Source of the DNA: Myxococcota bacterium
GTDB taxonomy: Bacteria > Myxococcota_A > Polyangia > Nannocystales > Nannocystaceae
Assembly: GCA_039194325.1 (NCBI GenBank)
Contig: JBCCWC010000001.1
Location: forward strand, 64,001 to 128,000
Direction of reading: 5' to 3'
Length of the DNA stretch: 64,000 bases
Part shown: piece after piece, positions 19,079 to 28,325 of the stretch
Layout of the letters: each line of letters starts with the position of its first letter
Position numbering within the stretch: the first letter of the stretch is position 1
Notes under the pieces: generated by a model
The model's input: only the letters and a program-made list of their open reading frames with translations
Databases searched by the model: none
What the model was told of the DNA's origin: nothing
Made by a program: the position numbers and the translations under genes

Positions 19079-19807
19079 CTAGAGGTACAAGCAGGGCCCC
19101 CCGTTATTGCATTGCCCCAGCGGACCGCAGCAACTTCCATCGGAACAATATCCAATGATGCACGTCGGGTTGCACGGCCCGCAGTTAATGATGCCACCAC
19201 AACCATCAGAAATAATGCCACAATCACCGAAACCACACGTGGCCGGAACACAGGCATCTGGGCACAAGAAACGCACCTTGTAGTCATAGTCGCAGTCTCC
19301 GTCGGGCTGATCGGCGTTGACGCAGATGAACCCGGCATTGGTCGAGCAGGTGACGACCTCCCCTGTCTGCCACAGAGCCAACCCGCTTACCGTGCGACAC
19401 TCGACGCCGGAGGGCGAGGCGCAGACCCCCGCCTGCAGCGATCGATTCTCGTAGTCGCCATTGCCGCTGGGGTTGTCGCGATCGTACCACTGGGTCCACG
19501 ACGCGAGCTGAAGGTCGGGCTCGGCCACCAAGTCGTCGAGCTCCTCGCCAAACGGACCGTAGACATCCACTTCTTCTTGGTCGAGCGCACCGAAGACATC
19601 CTGGGCTTCTTGCTCGTCGAGGTAGTTCGGCTCGAGGTCGGGAACGAGCTCATTGGCCCCCTGCTCGGGACCAATCCACACCGCCTCCCGGAGCTCGGGG
19701 TCATCCTCGACCACACAGGCACTCTGGCCTACAGCACCCCCCAAGAAACCCGCAAGGACACAAAATCGCACGAGGGACGACTGGACGAATGAAGAACCGT
19801 GACTCAT
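19079..19807 (-). CDS. Secreted or lipid-anchored protein with a mucin-type WxxW domain and a Cys-rich tail
   Basis: WTQWYDRDNPSGNGDYE...C...VECR...C...GFICVNADQ...C.YDYKVRFLCP. Confidence 0.75.
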   Translation of the reverse strand: MSHGSSFVQSSLVRFCVLAGFLGGAVGQSACVVEDDPELREAVWIGPEQGANELVPDLEPNYLDEQEAQDVFGALDQEEVDVYGPFGEELDDLVAEPDLQLASWTQWYDRDNPSGNGDYENRSLQAGVCASPSGVECRTVSGLALWQTGEVVTCSTNAGFICVNADQPDGDCDYDYKVRFLCPDACVPATCGFGDCGIISDGCGGIINCGPCNPTCIIGYCSDGSCCGPLGQCNNGGPCLYL

Positions 19808-20375
19808 GAGCACTTCATGCCATGTCGCCGAGAATCATGTCAATGACAATCTTACGCACTGGCCTACTCTTGCTACAACACGACATCACAGTCAGACAGC
19901 CACGCCGCATGTAAATAGGCATCTATGCTGAAGCCTCCGGCACATCGACGATGACTTCGACCCCCGCCGATAGTTGCATCGACCGCGAGCCAGCAGGCTT
20001 CTTCGCGATCCCGCGACTCGAAGACCAACTCACCGGTCGATTCACTCGCACGCTCTGTCGCGAGTTACTACGAATGGTCGGACTTCTAGCTCGTGCGCGA
20101 GCTCAGCAGCAGCCCTCATCGCTCGCCCCACACAGACAAAGACAATAGAGGCCGCGAACAAACGCACGAACCAACTCACGGGATGTTGTATCGCCCTATT
20201 TCATGGTCTCTCGTTGCTTCTGAGATCTGTCGTGGGACGATCTCAGCTGCGGAAGCCACCTTTCGACTCCGCTCGGGTATTCGCGTGCTCGCTCTGGATG
20301 GATTGCCGGCGCTCAGAATTTCCCTTCAAATCTATAATGAGCAAAATCACAAAAAGGGACGCTCGGCACCCAAAC

Positions 20376-21329
20376 TCACCATAAAGCTTGGGAGCGAGCG
20401 ACCGACCGCTGCGACAGTCGCTTCACCACCACCGAAGAGATCCCCAGTCGCACCTGCTCGGCGACCTCGCGACGCTCGATGATGCGAATGGCGTCGATCA
20501 CGCCGATGTTGGCAAAATCTCGACGGGCGCGGTGGATCCATAGGTTGATCAGCCCACGATCCGCCTGCAAGGAGCGGATGAGCTCCCGACGATCGACCCA
20601 GCCGTGCTCAGCGGGGTCGAGGTCGCTCCGCTGCTGGTCGGCGAGGCGGGCCCGGGCCAGAGTCAACAAGAACATGTCATGAGCACGAGATTTCAGGCGA
20701 ACACTCTGCGTCCCGTGCATGACCTGGATCTCCATGTACTTATCGTTGCGGCTCACTCGGAAGCCGAGGGCGATGGCGTCTACGCGCATTGGCGTGTCGT
20801 TGTGGGGCTCGGTAGTCTTTGACGCCCCCGGCAGGTGGATGCACCAACCCATCTCTCCCACCTGAAGTCGCTCCTGGTGAATCAGCGGTCGGTGCTCGTC
20901 CGTGGTCTCGAGCTGCCAGTGGCCACCAGCTCGTTCGAAGATCCGGAGCTCCGATGGATCGGTCGCGGGCAGGTGGAGTCGACCATCGACGGCGCTCAGT
21001 ATCGTGCCGTCGTCGGCGGTGGCGACCAAGCTGGGGATCGATCCATCGAGCAGCACGAAGCGCTCTTCTTCGGAGCCGAGCATGACCTCCGAGCCCGCCG
21101 CGAGCGCCACCGGGCGCTCGGGGCTCAGCCGCTGACCGTCCACCTGCGTGCCGTTTCGGCTGCCGAGATCGTGGACGAACCACCGCAGCCCGTCCCACAC
21201 GAGCTCGGCGTGCACGCTAGATGCGTGAAGGCTCGACAGTCGAATGTGACAAGACTGCGAACGACCAATGAGGGTGCGGACCGCGAGTGGAAATTGAGTA
21301 CCACTTCGAGTGTGCTCCACTATCGCCAT
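20376..21329 (-). CDS. FHA domain protein with a probable C-terminal winged-helix domain
   Basis: IGRS, SSVHA and DLGSRNGT are FHA motifs. INLWIHRARRDF lies in the C-terminal part. Confidence 0.85.
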   Translation of the reverse strand: MAIVEHTRSGTQFPLAVRTLIGRSQSCHIRLSSLHASSVHAELVWDGLRWFVHDLGSRNGTQVDGQRLSPERPVALAAGSEVMLGSEEERFVLLDGSIPSLVATADDGTILSAVDGRLHLPATDPSELRIFERAGGHWQLETTDEHRPLIHQERLQVGEMGWCIHLPGASKTTEPHNDTPMRVDAIALGFRVSRNDKYMEIQVMHGTQSVRLKSRAHDMFLLTLARARLADQQRSDLDPAEHGWVDRRELIRSLQADRGLINLWIHRARRDFANIGVIDAIRIIERREVAEQVRLGISSVVVKRLSQRSVARSQALW

Positions 21330-22001
21330 GACCAAAGGGCCTCGTGGTGCGGCATCACGCAAGCAATGCCGATCAGTGGTGGGGGTGAATTGGGCCGGTT
21401 GCTCGACTTCGGACGACGACGGGCGCGAGCCCGCTCGGCAAGTCGAACAATACGCGACAAAGCCTGAGTTGGGGGTTTCGGGTCTTCGAGATGAGGAATC
21501 TAGAAGACTTGATGGACCATGAAATGGAATTGACCTCGTTGCAAGCCGCTCCCCGCGCTCGACGTTCGCGCAGAGCGTGACCGAAGGGTCGGCGAGCGCT
21601 CGGAATGGCGTTTGGGCGCGGGAATCGGGCTGCTGCTGCTTTCAGGTGGTTTCATTGCAGACGATTGCAGCTTTGGCTTCAGTCGATTGCAATAGTCGGT
21701 GCTCGTTGTTCGACGAGGGCGTTGGCCATCGTAGTTGCAGGAGATTTCAGTTTCAGGCGATTTCAACCCTCGCGCCGAGCCATCGGGCGATCCGAATCGG
21801 GTCACTGCAACGAGCCCTCGCGCATGTGCGACGACGGCGAGCGCGGACGAAGGCGAGCGCGGACGAAGGCGAGCGCGATGGATCGTTCGGCTCGTCTGCC
21901 GCTCGTCTGCCGCTCGTCGCCTCTTGCGTCATCGAGGATCCGGGCGAGGGTGGGTCCGCGCTCCCGCGAGCTCCGAGCATGATGCTCGGAGCTCGGCGGG
22001 C

Positions 22002-23045
22002 TCACCCGCCGACCAGGGCCGAGGTCACCGCGGCCGTCGCGATGTTCGTTAGCACGAGCGCCACAGCACACCACCGGCGCGCTGGAGCGCTCTGGCATCG
22101 CTCGAGCGCGCCGAGCAGCGCCTCCATCGACGTCCATCGCTTCTTTGGATCGGCCTCTAGCCCCCGGCGCAGAACCCGAAGCAGTGCCCGGGGGATCCCG
22201 CGGCGGATCACCGAGCCACTGTCGATGGGCTCCGAGGGCATCGACACCACGGCCGGCGACGCGCTGTGCTGCCCCAAGAGCGTCTCGACCATGGAAGCGC
22301 AGAAGCTGTACTGGTCGGCGTGAGCGTCCCAGGCCGCGCCCTGGCGCTGCATGGGGGGCATATAGGCCAGCGTGCCCACGACGGCTCCTCGCCGGGTGAG
22401 TCGCTTCTGGGGTGGAGCTTCGGGTGGGGAGCCCATGCCCCCACGCTCGGGGTGAACGGGATCGTGCCCGCGATGTGGGCTCGAAGGGGCAGAGTCCGCG
22501 GCCAAACCGAAATCGACCACTCGCACGCGCCCTGCGGCGTCGATGAGACAGTTGTCGGGCTTGAAGTCGCGATGGACCAGCCCCGCCCGGTGGATCGCCG
22601 CCAGGCCTCGGCCCGCGCCCCGATAGACCTCGAGGACCGCTCGCCAGGAGCGCGACGGCGACTGCCACTGGCGCAGGGATTGACCCTCGACCAGCTCCAT
22701 GGCGATGAACGCTCGACCGTCGATCGTGCCCGTCTCGTAGATCCCGACCACGTTGGGGTCGGACAGTCGGGCCAGCGCCAGCGCCTCGTTGCGCGACCGG
22801 ACCGCGTACTGCGGCCCTCTTGTGGGATGGAGGAGCTTGAGCGCGACCCGGCGATCCAGGCTCGGATCGTGGGCTTCGTAGACGACCCCGGTGGTGCCGT
22901 GCCCCAGGAGACCAATGACGCGATAGCGCCCCAGCGCGCGCGGCAGGGGCGGAGGAGCGGGGGGCTCGAGAGGGGGTGCTTCCGCAAAGTCCGGGTTGGG
23001 AAGCGTCGCTCTCGGGTCGGGGCGACTATCGGAAAAGGTACTCAT
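22002..23045 (-). CDS. Ser/Thr protein kinase (short, possibly truncated)
   Basis: LGHGTTGVVY, VALK, HRDFKPDN, DFGLA, GTLAYMPPMQ, ADQYSFC. Confidence 0.9.
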   Translation of the reverse strand: MSTFSDSRPDPRATLPNPDFAEAPPLEPPAPPPLPRALGRYRVIGLLGHGTTGVVYEAHDPSLDRRVALKLLHPTRGPQYAVRSRNEALALARLSDPNVVGIYETGTIDGRAFIAMELVEGQSLRQWQSPSRSWRAVLEVYRGAGRGLAAIHRAGLVHRDFKPDNCLIDAAGRVRVVDFGLAADSAPSSPHRGHDPVHPERGGMGSPPEAPPQKRLTRRGAVVGTLAYMPPMQRQGAAWDAHADQYSFCASMVETLLGQHSASPAVVSMPSEPIDSGSVIRRGIPRALLRVLRRGLEADPKKRWTSMEALLGALERCQSAPARRWCAVALVLTNIATAAVTSALVGG

Positions 23046-23230
23046 CGTGGCGTGCTGGCATCGAAGCTCGAAGCACCCTCGCGGAGCGAGCTCCACGTCG
23101 AACGCAACCCAAAGCCCGCGAGTCGGGACTGCTCTGCTCTGCTCTAGTCTGATCTGATCTATGGTGGAGGTTTGGAGCACGACCGCAAGCGCGATCGCTG
23201 CGGGGGGTCTTCAGCGACGGACTCTTGGCT

Positions 23231-26131
23231 TCATAGCGGGAGGTTCCACGTCACGCTCACGCCTTGCTGGCTCTTGGGGAAGCGCTGGGAGAGGACCGCA
23301 TCGGCAGCGCAGATTCCGACTGGGGTCCCCTTCATCGGGGCGAGCGCGTTTGCGCTCTTGACCTTGCCGTTGGGTCGGACCTCGAACTTGACCTTCACGC
23401 TGGGCATCAGCGAGCCGTGCTCGGTACCGCAGATTCGCGAGGTCTTCTGGGCGGCGCTGAGCGCCGGCTGCATCGCCGCCTTCGAGAGCGTCTTGGGCAG
23501 CGCTTGGGTCGAGGGCGCCGGCTCGGGCTTGGGAGACGCCTTGGGGGCTTGCCGAGGCGTCTTGCGCACGAGCGTCTCACCGATCACCACGTGCTGCGCC
23601 CGCTGCTGGATCGTCAGCGAGCCGATCACCACGTCGTCGGGCACCCGCCGGACGACCCATTGATGGCCTACCGCCGTGCGGACCTCCAGCCCCTCGCCTG
23701 GCGACAGGGTGGTGTAGTACTCGTCGCGGCCCTCGGAGCTTCGAAACACGTCGACCGTGTGGGGCGAGGCGTTCTCGAGCTTCACCGTGGCCCGCTCCTC
23801 GGCCTTGTCGAGCTGCTCTGGATCGATCGTCTCCCCGTTCCAGCGGACCCCGAACCCGCGCATCAGCTCGTTCATCGGATAGTTGTCGAGGGTAGGCGCC
23901 GCCTGGCCCTCGGCCGGCGCACCCTCGAGCCACGACCAACCGCCGCCCACCGCCAACAGGCCCCCGCCCCGACCCGCGAACGCCTCCACGGCCGCGATCT
24001 CCTCGGCCGAGAAGCCCTTCCACCCGCGGTTGGCCACGATCACCGCGCCGGTCTGCGCCAGGCGCTGCGGATCGGTCAGCGGCGGGTCGATCTCGTACTC
24101 GTACCCCAGCGCAGAGAGATTGCGCCGCAGCTTCTCCAGGCGAGGGTAGGTCTGCGGTTGCTGCGAGATCACCACGACCCCGCGCCGCGCCTGATCGCCC
24201 AGCAGCCACTCGAGGGTGATCTCCAAGAACAGCGAGTCGCCGTTGTCGTCCACCTCGCTGAGCACCGCATCGTGACCAGCGGCGACGATCCGTCCGCCTC
24301 CCGGTACCACGTTGGCCGCGGCGAAGCGCTGGCCCTTGCGCTCGAGCAGCGGGGTCCAGCGCTCGTCCACCTCGATCTCGCCGCTTATCAGTCCTTCGGC
24401 GGCGAGGCTCTCGATTGAGCGGCTGAGCGCCACCTGGAACATCTGCCGCAGCAGATCTCGCACCAGCCGCTCGTTCTCCTTTTGGGCCTGCTCGGCCTTG
24501 CGCTGGGCCTGCTCGGCCTTGTCGCGCGCGGCCACGGCCTCTTGCTCGGAGTGGACCGCCTTGTTGCGAGCGCTCTCGGCCTCGTGCTGGGCCGACTCGG
24601 CGGCTTGCTGCGAGTCGACCGCCTGCTGGCGGCGCTGCTCGGCTTCACGGGCTTTGGCCAGGGCCACGCCCCCCAGGGCGATCGCCACCACCGCGGCGAT
24701 CGCCACGGTGATCGTGAAGATCCGCTGTCGACGACGCTGTCGCGCCTCCTCCTCCCGCAGCGTCCGAGACAGCGCGAGGAATTCCTGCTCGCCTTCGGTG
24801 AGCAAGTGGGGGTTGTCTTGGGCCCACCGTCGCGCATCGGGCAAGGCCGCCGCGCCCAGCAGCAGGGCCGGCGCTCGCCCGCCGTCCTCCCACAGCTTGG
24901 CCTGCACCTGCAGGGGGTGCAGGTGGGCCTGCTCCCACGCCTCGTTGTCTTCGAGCACCGGGTCGACCAGGCGGTCGTGGCTCAGCTCGAACCAGCCGGC
25001 CCCCGCGCGCTGCTCGATCCGCACCAGGTAGGTGTCGAGCAGCCGGTCGAGCAGCGTATTGTCCAGGCCCATCGTGCTCCCCACGTCTTGGCGCACCTGG
25101 GAACGACGCCCGCCGACGATGAGACGTTGGCCCACCCAGTCTCGCAGCGAGCGCTCGAGCGCCGTGTCGGGGCCCGCGATCGTTCGAATGGCGTCGGCGT
25201 AGTAGCCCCGCAGCGAGGTCGACACCTGGGCATAGGCCTCGATGTCCTCCTCGTCGATGCTCAGGTCGTCCCGCGGCATCGCGTCCCACAGACGGCGGCA
25301 CACCACCTGCAGCTGCACCGGCTCTACATGGAGCCCCGGCTCGGCGGCGATCGTGCCGTCGGATCGCTGTACCTGGATCATCGACAGGTCACGGACGAGC
25401 TGGTCCACGGCCGGGAAGGTGCGCCCCCCAGACAGCGCCAGCTGCTCGGCCGCCTCGCGGGCTCCGGCCAGCCCGAGCAGATCGAGCCGGAAGGTGTTGG
25501 TCAGCCCGGTGGGGATCCGGTCGCGATAGGGCGCCAGCGTGGCCAGGTAGTCCTCGCGGATGATGAACAGCGCCCAGTACTTCTCGGTGTCGAGCGCTCG
25601 GCCCACCGCCGAGAAGAACTCCTGCTTGGCGGCGACCGCCAGAGGAGCCATCGTGATCACCTCCTCGAACTGGTCGAAGAGCAAGACCACCGATCGGTTC
25701 TTGCGCCCCTTGCGGCGCGGTCGGGACTCCAGGTACTCGAGCAGGTCGAGCTCGGCCAGCTGGGCCGGGGTGCGGCGGCGCTCGGACGGTAGCTCCTCTT
25801 CCAGGCTGACCATCGCGCTGAGCAGATAGCGGTTGGTGCCCGACGGTATGTCCTCGAGCCCCGTAGGGTCGAGGTTGACGCGGATCGGCTTCCACACGTC
25901 GAAGCGCCCCCCCCGTAGTCGGGGGACCAGGCCCGCCTGCACCAGCGAGCTCTTGCCCGCGCCCGAGGGCGAGTGCAGCACCACGATCCGGCGGGCCTGC
26001 AGGCGATCGTAGAGCGCGTCGATCTCCACGCTGCGCCCGTGGAGGTCCTCGCCCTGCTGGATCGGCCGAGGGCCCACGAAGGGGTTGGCGTCGCCGGCCG
26101 CCGTGAGCGTGCGTGCGCTGGCCTCGCTCAC
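23231..26131 (-). CDS. nSTAND1-type NTPase with a TM helix and extracytoplasmic GATase-like, VHL-beta-like and TonB-C/AgmX-like domains
   Basis: NPFVGPRP, Walker A SPSGAGKSS, Walker B LLFDQFEE, LQVVC, ELSHDRL, and TM IFTITVAIAAVVAIALGGVALA. Confidence 0.8.
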   Translation of the reverse strand: MSEASARTLTAAGDANPFVGPRPIQQGEDLHGRSVEIDALYDRLQARRIVVLHSPSGAGKSSLVQAGLVPRLRGGRFDVWKPIRVNLDPTGLEDIPSGTNRYLLSAMVSLEEELPSERRRTPAQLAELDLLEYLESRPRRKGRKNRSVVLLFDQFEEVITMAPLAVAAKQEFFSAVGRALDTEKYWALFIIREDYLATLAPYRDRIPTGLTNTFRLDLLGLAGAREAAEQLALSGGRTFPAVDQLVRDLSMIQVQRSDGTIAAEPGLHVEPVQLQVVCRRLWDAMPRDDLSIDEEDIEAYAQVSTSLRGYYADAIRTIAGPDTALERSLRDWVGQRLIVGGRRSQVRQDVGSTMGLDNTLLDRLLDTYLVRIEQRAGAGWFELSHDRLVDPVLEDNEAWEQAHLHPLQVQAKLWEDGGRAPALLLGAAALPDARRWAQDNPHLLTEGEQEFLALSRTLREEEARQRRRQRIFTITVAIAAVVAIALGGVALAKAREAEQRRQQAVDSQQAAESAQHEAESARNKAVHSEQEAVAARDKAEQAQRKAEQAQKENERLVRDLLRQMFQVALSRSIESLAAEGLISGEIEVDERWTPLLERKGQRFAAANVVPGGGRIVAAGHDAVLSEVDDNGDSLFLEITLEWLLGDQARRGVVVISQQPQTYPRLEKLRRNLSALGYEYEIDPPLTDPQRLAQTGAVIVANRGWKGFSAEEIAAVEAFAGRGGGLLAVGGGWSWLEGAPAEGQAAPTLDNYPMNELMRGFGVRWNGETIDPEQLDKAEERATVKLENASPHTVDVFRSSEGRDEYYTTLSPGEGLEVRTAVGHQWVVRRVPDDVVIGSLTIQQRAQHVVIGETLVRKTPRQAPKASPKPEPAPSTQALPKTLSKAAMQPALSAAQKTSRICGTEHGSLMPSVKVKFEVRPNGKVKSANALAPMKGTPVGICAADAVLSQRFPKSQQGVSVTWNLPL

Positions 26132-26162
26132 GATCTACCTCGTCGAGCCTCGCGCGTACGCC

Positions 26163-28295
26163 TCAAAAGTCCCACTCGTCCTCGTCTCCTTGGTCGGGTT
26201 CTTCGTCCATGCCCAGGTCTCCGGCGGCGGCCAGCTCGTCGCGCAGGGCCACCAAGAAGTCCTCCGAGCTCCCCCAGTAGATGTCGATGTTGGCCTCCTT
26301 GCCGAAGTACTCCGCGAGGTACGACTTGGCGCTCTCGATGTCGGCCAGGCTCTGCAGGTCGGGATCGAGCTGCACCGCCACGTGGCGGTACTGCTTGAGG
26401 CGCTCGCGGCCAGGCAGGCTCATCATCAGGCGAAAGAGCACGCGGAAGTGCCAGTCGGTGAGGCGAAAGCCCAAGAACAGCAGCGAGTTGTCGACCAGCG
26501 CGCTCTCCACCTTGGCCGGGATCAGCTGGGCCGCGGTTGCGCCGATTAGATAGTCGAAGTAGTCGTCCTCGGTGAGCACCAGGCCGTCGTCGGTCTTGGC
26601 CCCGAAGGCCCCGAACACGTGGAAGACCAGCGGCACCTTGGCGCTAGGCAGCGCGACCGTCTCCTCATCGGCGCTCAGGGGCGCCTTTTGGTAGCGCCAG
26701 CGGGTCAGCTGCTGCTGCGGCTCACGATCGTTGGCCTTGAGGGCCCGCTCGAGCAGCGGGTCGAAGTTGGTGGTCACATAGACCGACGCGGGCAGCTCCG
26801 AGAGGATCCGATAGGGATCGGCCGTGTCGGTGCGCAGGTGGTCGCCCACCAAGGCCAGCAGCTTGCCCAGCCGGGGCTTCTTGTTGGCCGGGGGGATCTC
26901 CTCGGGCGGCAGCCAGCTGCGGTGCTGCTCGATCAGATCCGACAGCAGCTGCCCTTGGTAGGCCCGCACCACGTTGTAGCGAGACTCCTTGACGCTCATG
27001 TACTCGGTCACCCGCGGCAGGTCTTCCCACTCGTGGAGGGCAAAGGGGAACTGGTTGGCGTCGGCGAGCCGGGTCGCCGTGTCGTGGGCGGCACCGTGGG
27101 CCGCCTCGAGCAGGCGGGGCCCGATGATCGGGACGACCTTGCCGTCGGCGACCGGCTTGAGCAGGTGACGCCAGACCTCCTTGCCCGCGTCGCCGCGAAA
27201 GCCTGGCGTGTACCACAGGCGGCCGCCGAGCAGCCGGGTGAACAGCGCGGGCATCCACGAGTCTCGACGGTCGCGGACCGTGCCGCGAGCCACCGCCAGG
27301 GCGCGGTCGATCTGGCCGTCGCGCAGCAGCTCGGAGAACAGCCGCGGCATCATCGTCTCGACCGTGGGCATCGTGATGTAGCCCTGCATGGCGATCACCG
27401 CGGGCACGCCCGCGTCGGCCAGCCGCCCCGCCAGGGTGGCCTGCGGGGTGGCGCGCTGCTCGGTGGCGAGGATCTCTCCATCGCCTGCGCTCTGGCAGGA
27501 GGCCAGCACCACCAGGCGCGGAGTACTGCGTAGCTCGCCGATCCGGGCGGCCAGATCCTCGCCTTTGGTGATCTTGGCCTGCCCCGTCTCGTCTTGGAGC
27601 ACCAGGGCCGGGGTCCGCGAGGTGCGGCCGAACATGCCGTGGCTGACCAGGTAGAGGATGTCGACCCCCCGGCGCAGCTCGTCCATCAGGGCATCGAGGG
27701 TCAGCGGGGAGCCGGGGCCGCCCAGGGTGCGGATCTGCAGGTCGCCGAGCGCCGCCGTGATCCCCGCGAACTCTCGTTCGAAGTCCACCGGGGCCAGCTT
27801 CATGCGCTCGAGCTTGTCCGGGTCGGGGGCCGACACGGCCACCAGCACCGACAGCTGGCTGCGTGCGCGCAACTTCACCGGTCGCCAGTCGCGAGAGACC
27901 ATGAAGCGGGACAGCAGCGCGGTCTCCGAAGTGCTGAGCAAGGTGCCCGAGCGAGGGTGGCGCAGCAGCTCCCAGCGCAGGGCCTGCAGCTCCTGGGCGG
28001 AGCGGTCGATACACAAGAGGATCCGCAGGGCGTTGCCCGAGGCCTGGGCCGCGGTCTCCACTTGGAGGAAGTGCTGCTCGATCTCCTTGTCGGAGAACAG
28101 CTGCGTGGACAGGAGCTTGCCGTAAGCCTCGGGGCGAGGCTGGGCGCCGGCGAGCTCGGACACGTCGAAGAGCGCCCCGCCCCGCAGGGGCGCCACCTGG
28201 GCGTCGCTATGGGGATCGCTGTGCGAGATCTCGACCTGGTACGCCTCGGCGTACCGGTGAATGGAGAGGCTCAGCGTATAGTACTCGTCGTCCAT
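26163..28295 (-). CDS. CHAT (caspase-like) protease fused to a SIR2-like domain
   Basis: CHAT motifs LRWELL, LYLVSHG, LVVLASCQS, GVPAVIAMQ. SIR2_2 motifs YVTTNFD, LTEDDYFDY, LLFLGFRLTDW. Confidence 0.85.
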   Translation of the reverse strand: MDDEYYTLSLSIHRYAEAYQVEISHSDPHSDAQVAPLRGGALFDVSELAGAQPRPEAYGKLLSTQLFSDKEIEQHFLQVETAAQASGNALRILLCIDRSAQELQALRWELLRHPRSGTLLSTSETALLSRFMVSRDWRPVKLRARSQLSVLVAVSAPDPDKLERMKLAPVDFEREFAGITAALGDLQIRTLGGPGSPLTLDALMDELRRGVDILYLVSHGMFGRTSRTPALVLQDETGQAKITKGEDLAARIGELRSTPRLVVLASCQSAGDGEILATEQRATPQATLAGRLADAGVPAVIAMQGYITMPTVETMMPRLFSELLRDGQIDRALAVARGTVRDRRDSWMPALFTRLLGGRLWYTPGFRGDAGKEVWRHLLKPVADGKVVPIIGPRLLEAAHGAAHDTATRLADANQFPFALHEWEDLPRVTEYMSVKESRYNVVRAYQGQLLSDLIEQHRSWLPPEEIPPANKKPRLGKLLALVGDHLRTDTADPYRILSELPASVYVTTNFDPLLERALKANDREPQQQLTRWRYQKAPLSADEETVALPSAKVPLVFHVFGAFGAKTDDGLVLTEDDYFDYLIGATAAQLIPAKVESALVDNSLLFLGFRLTDWHFRVLFRLMMSLPGRERLKQYRHVAVQLDPDLQSLADIESAKSYLAEYFGKEANIDIYWGSSEDFLVALRDELAAAGDLGMDEEPDQGDEDEWDF

Positions 28296-28325
28296 GACGG
28301 GTGGGAGGGCGACCTCCGCTGAAGG

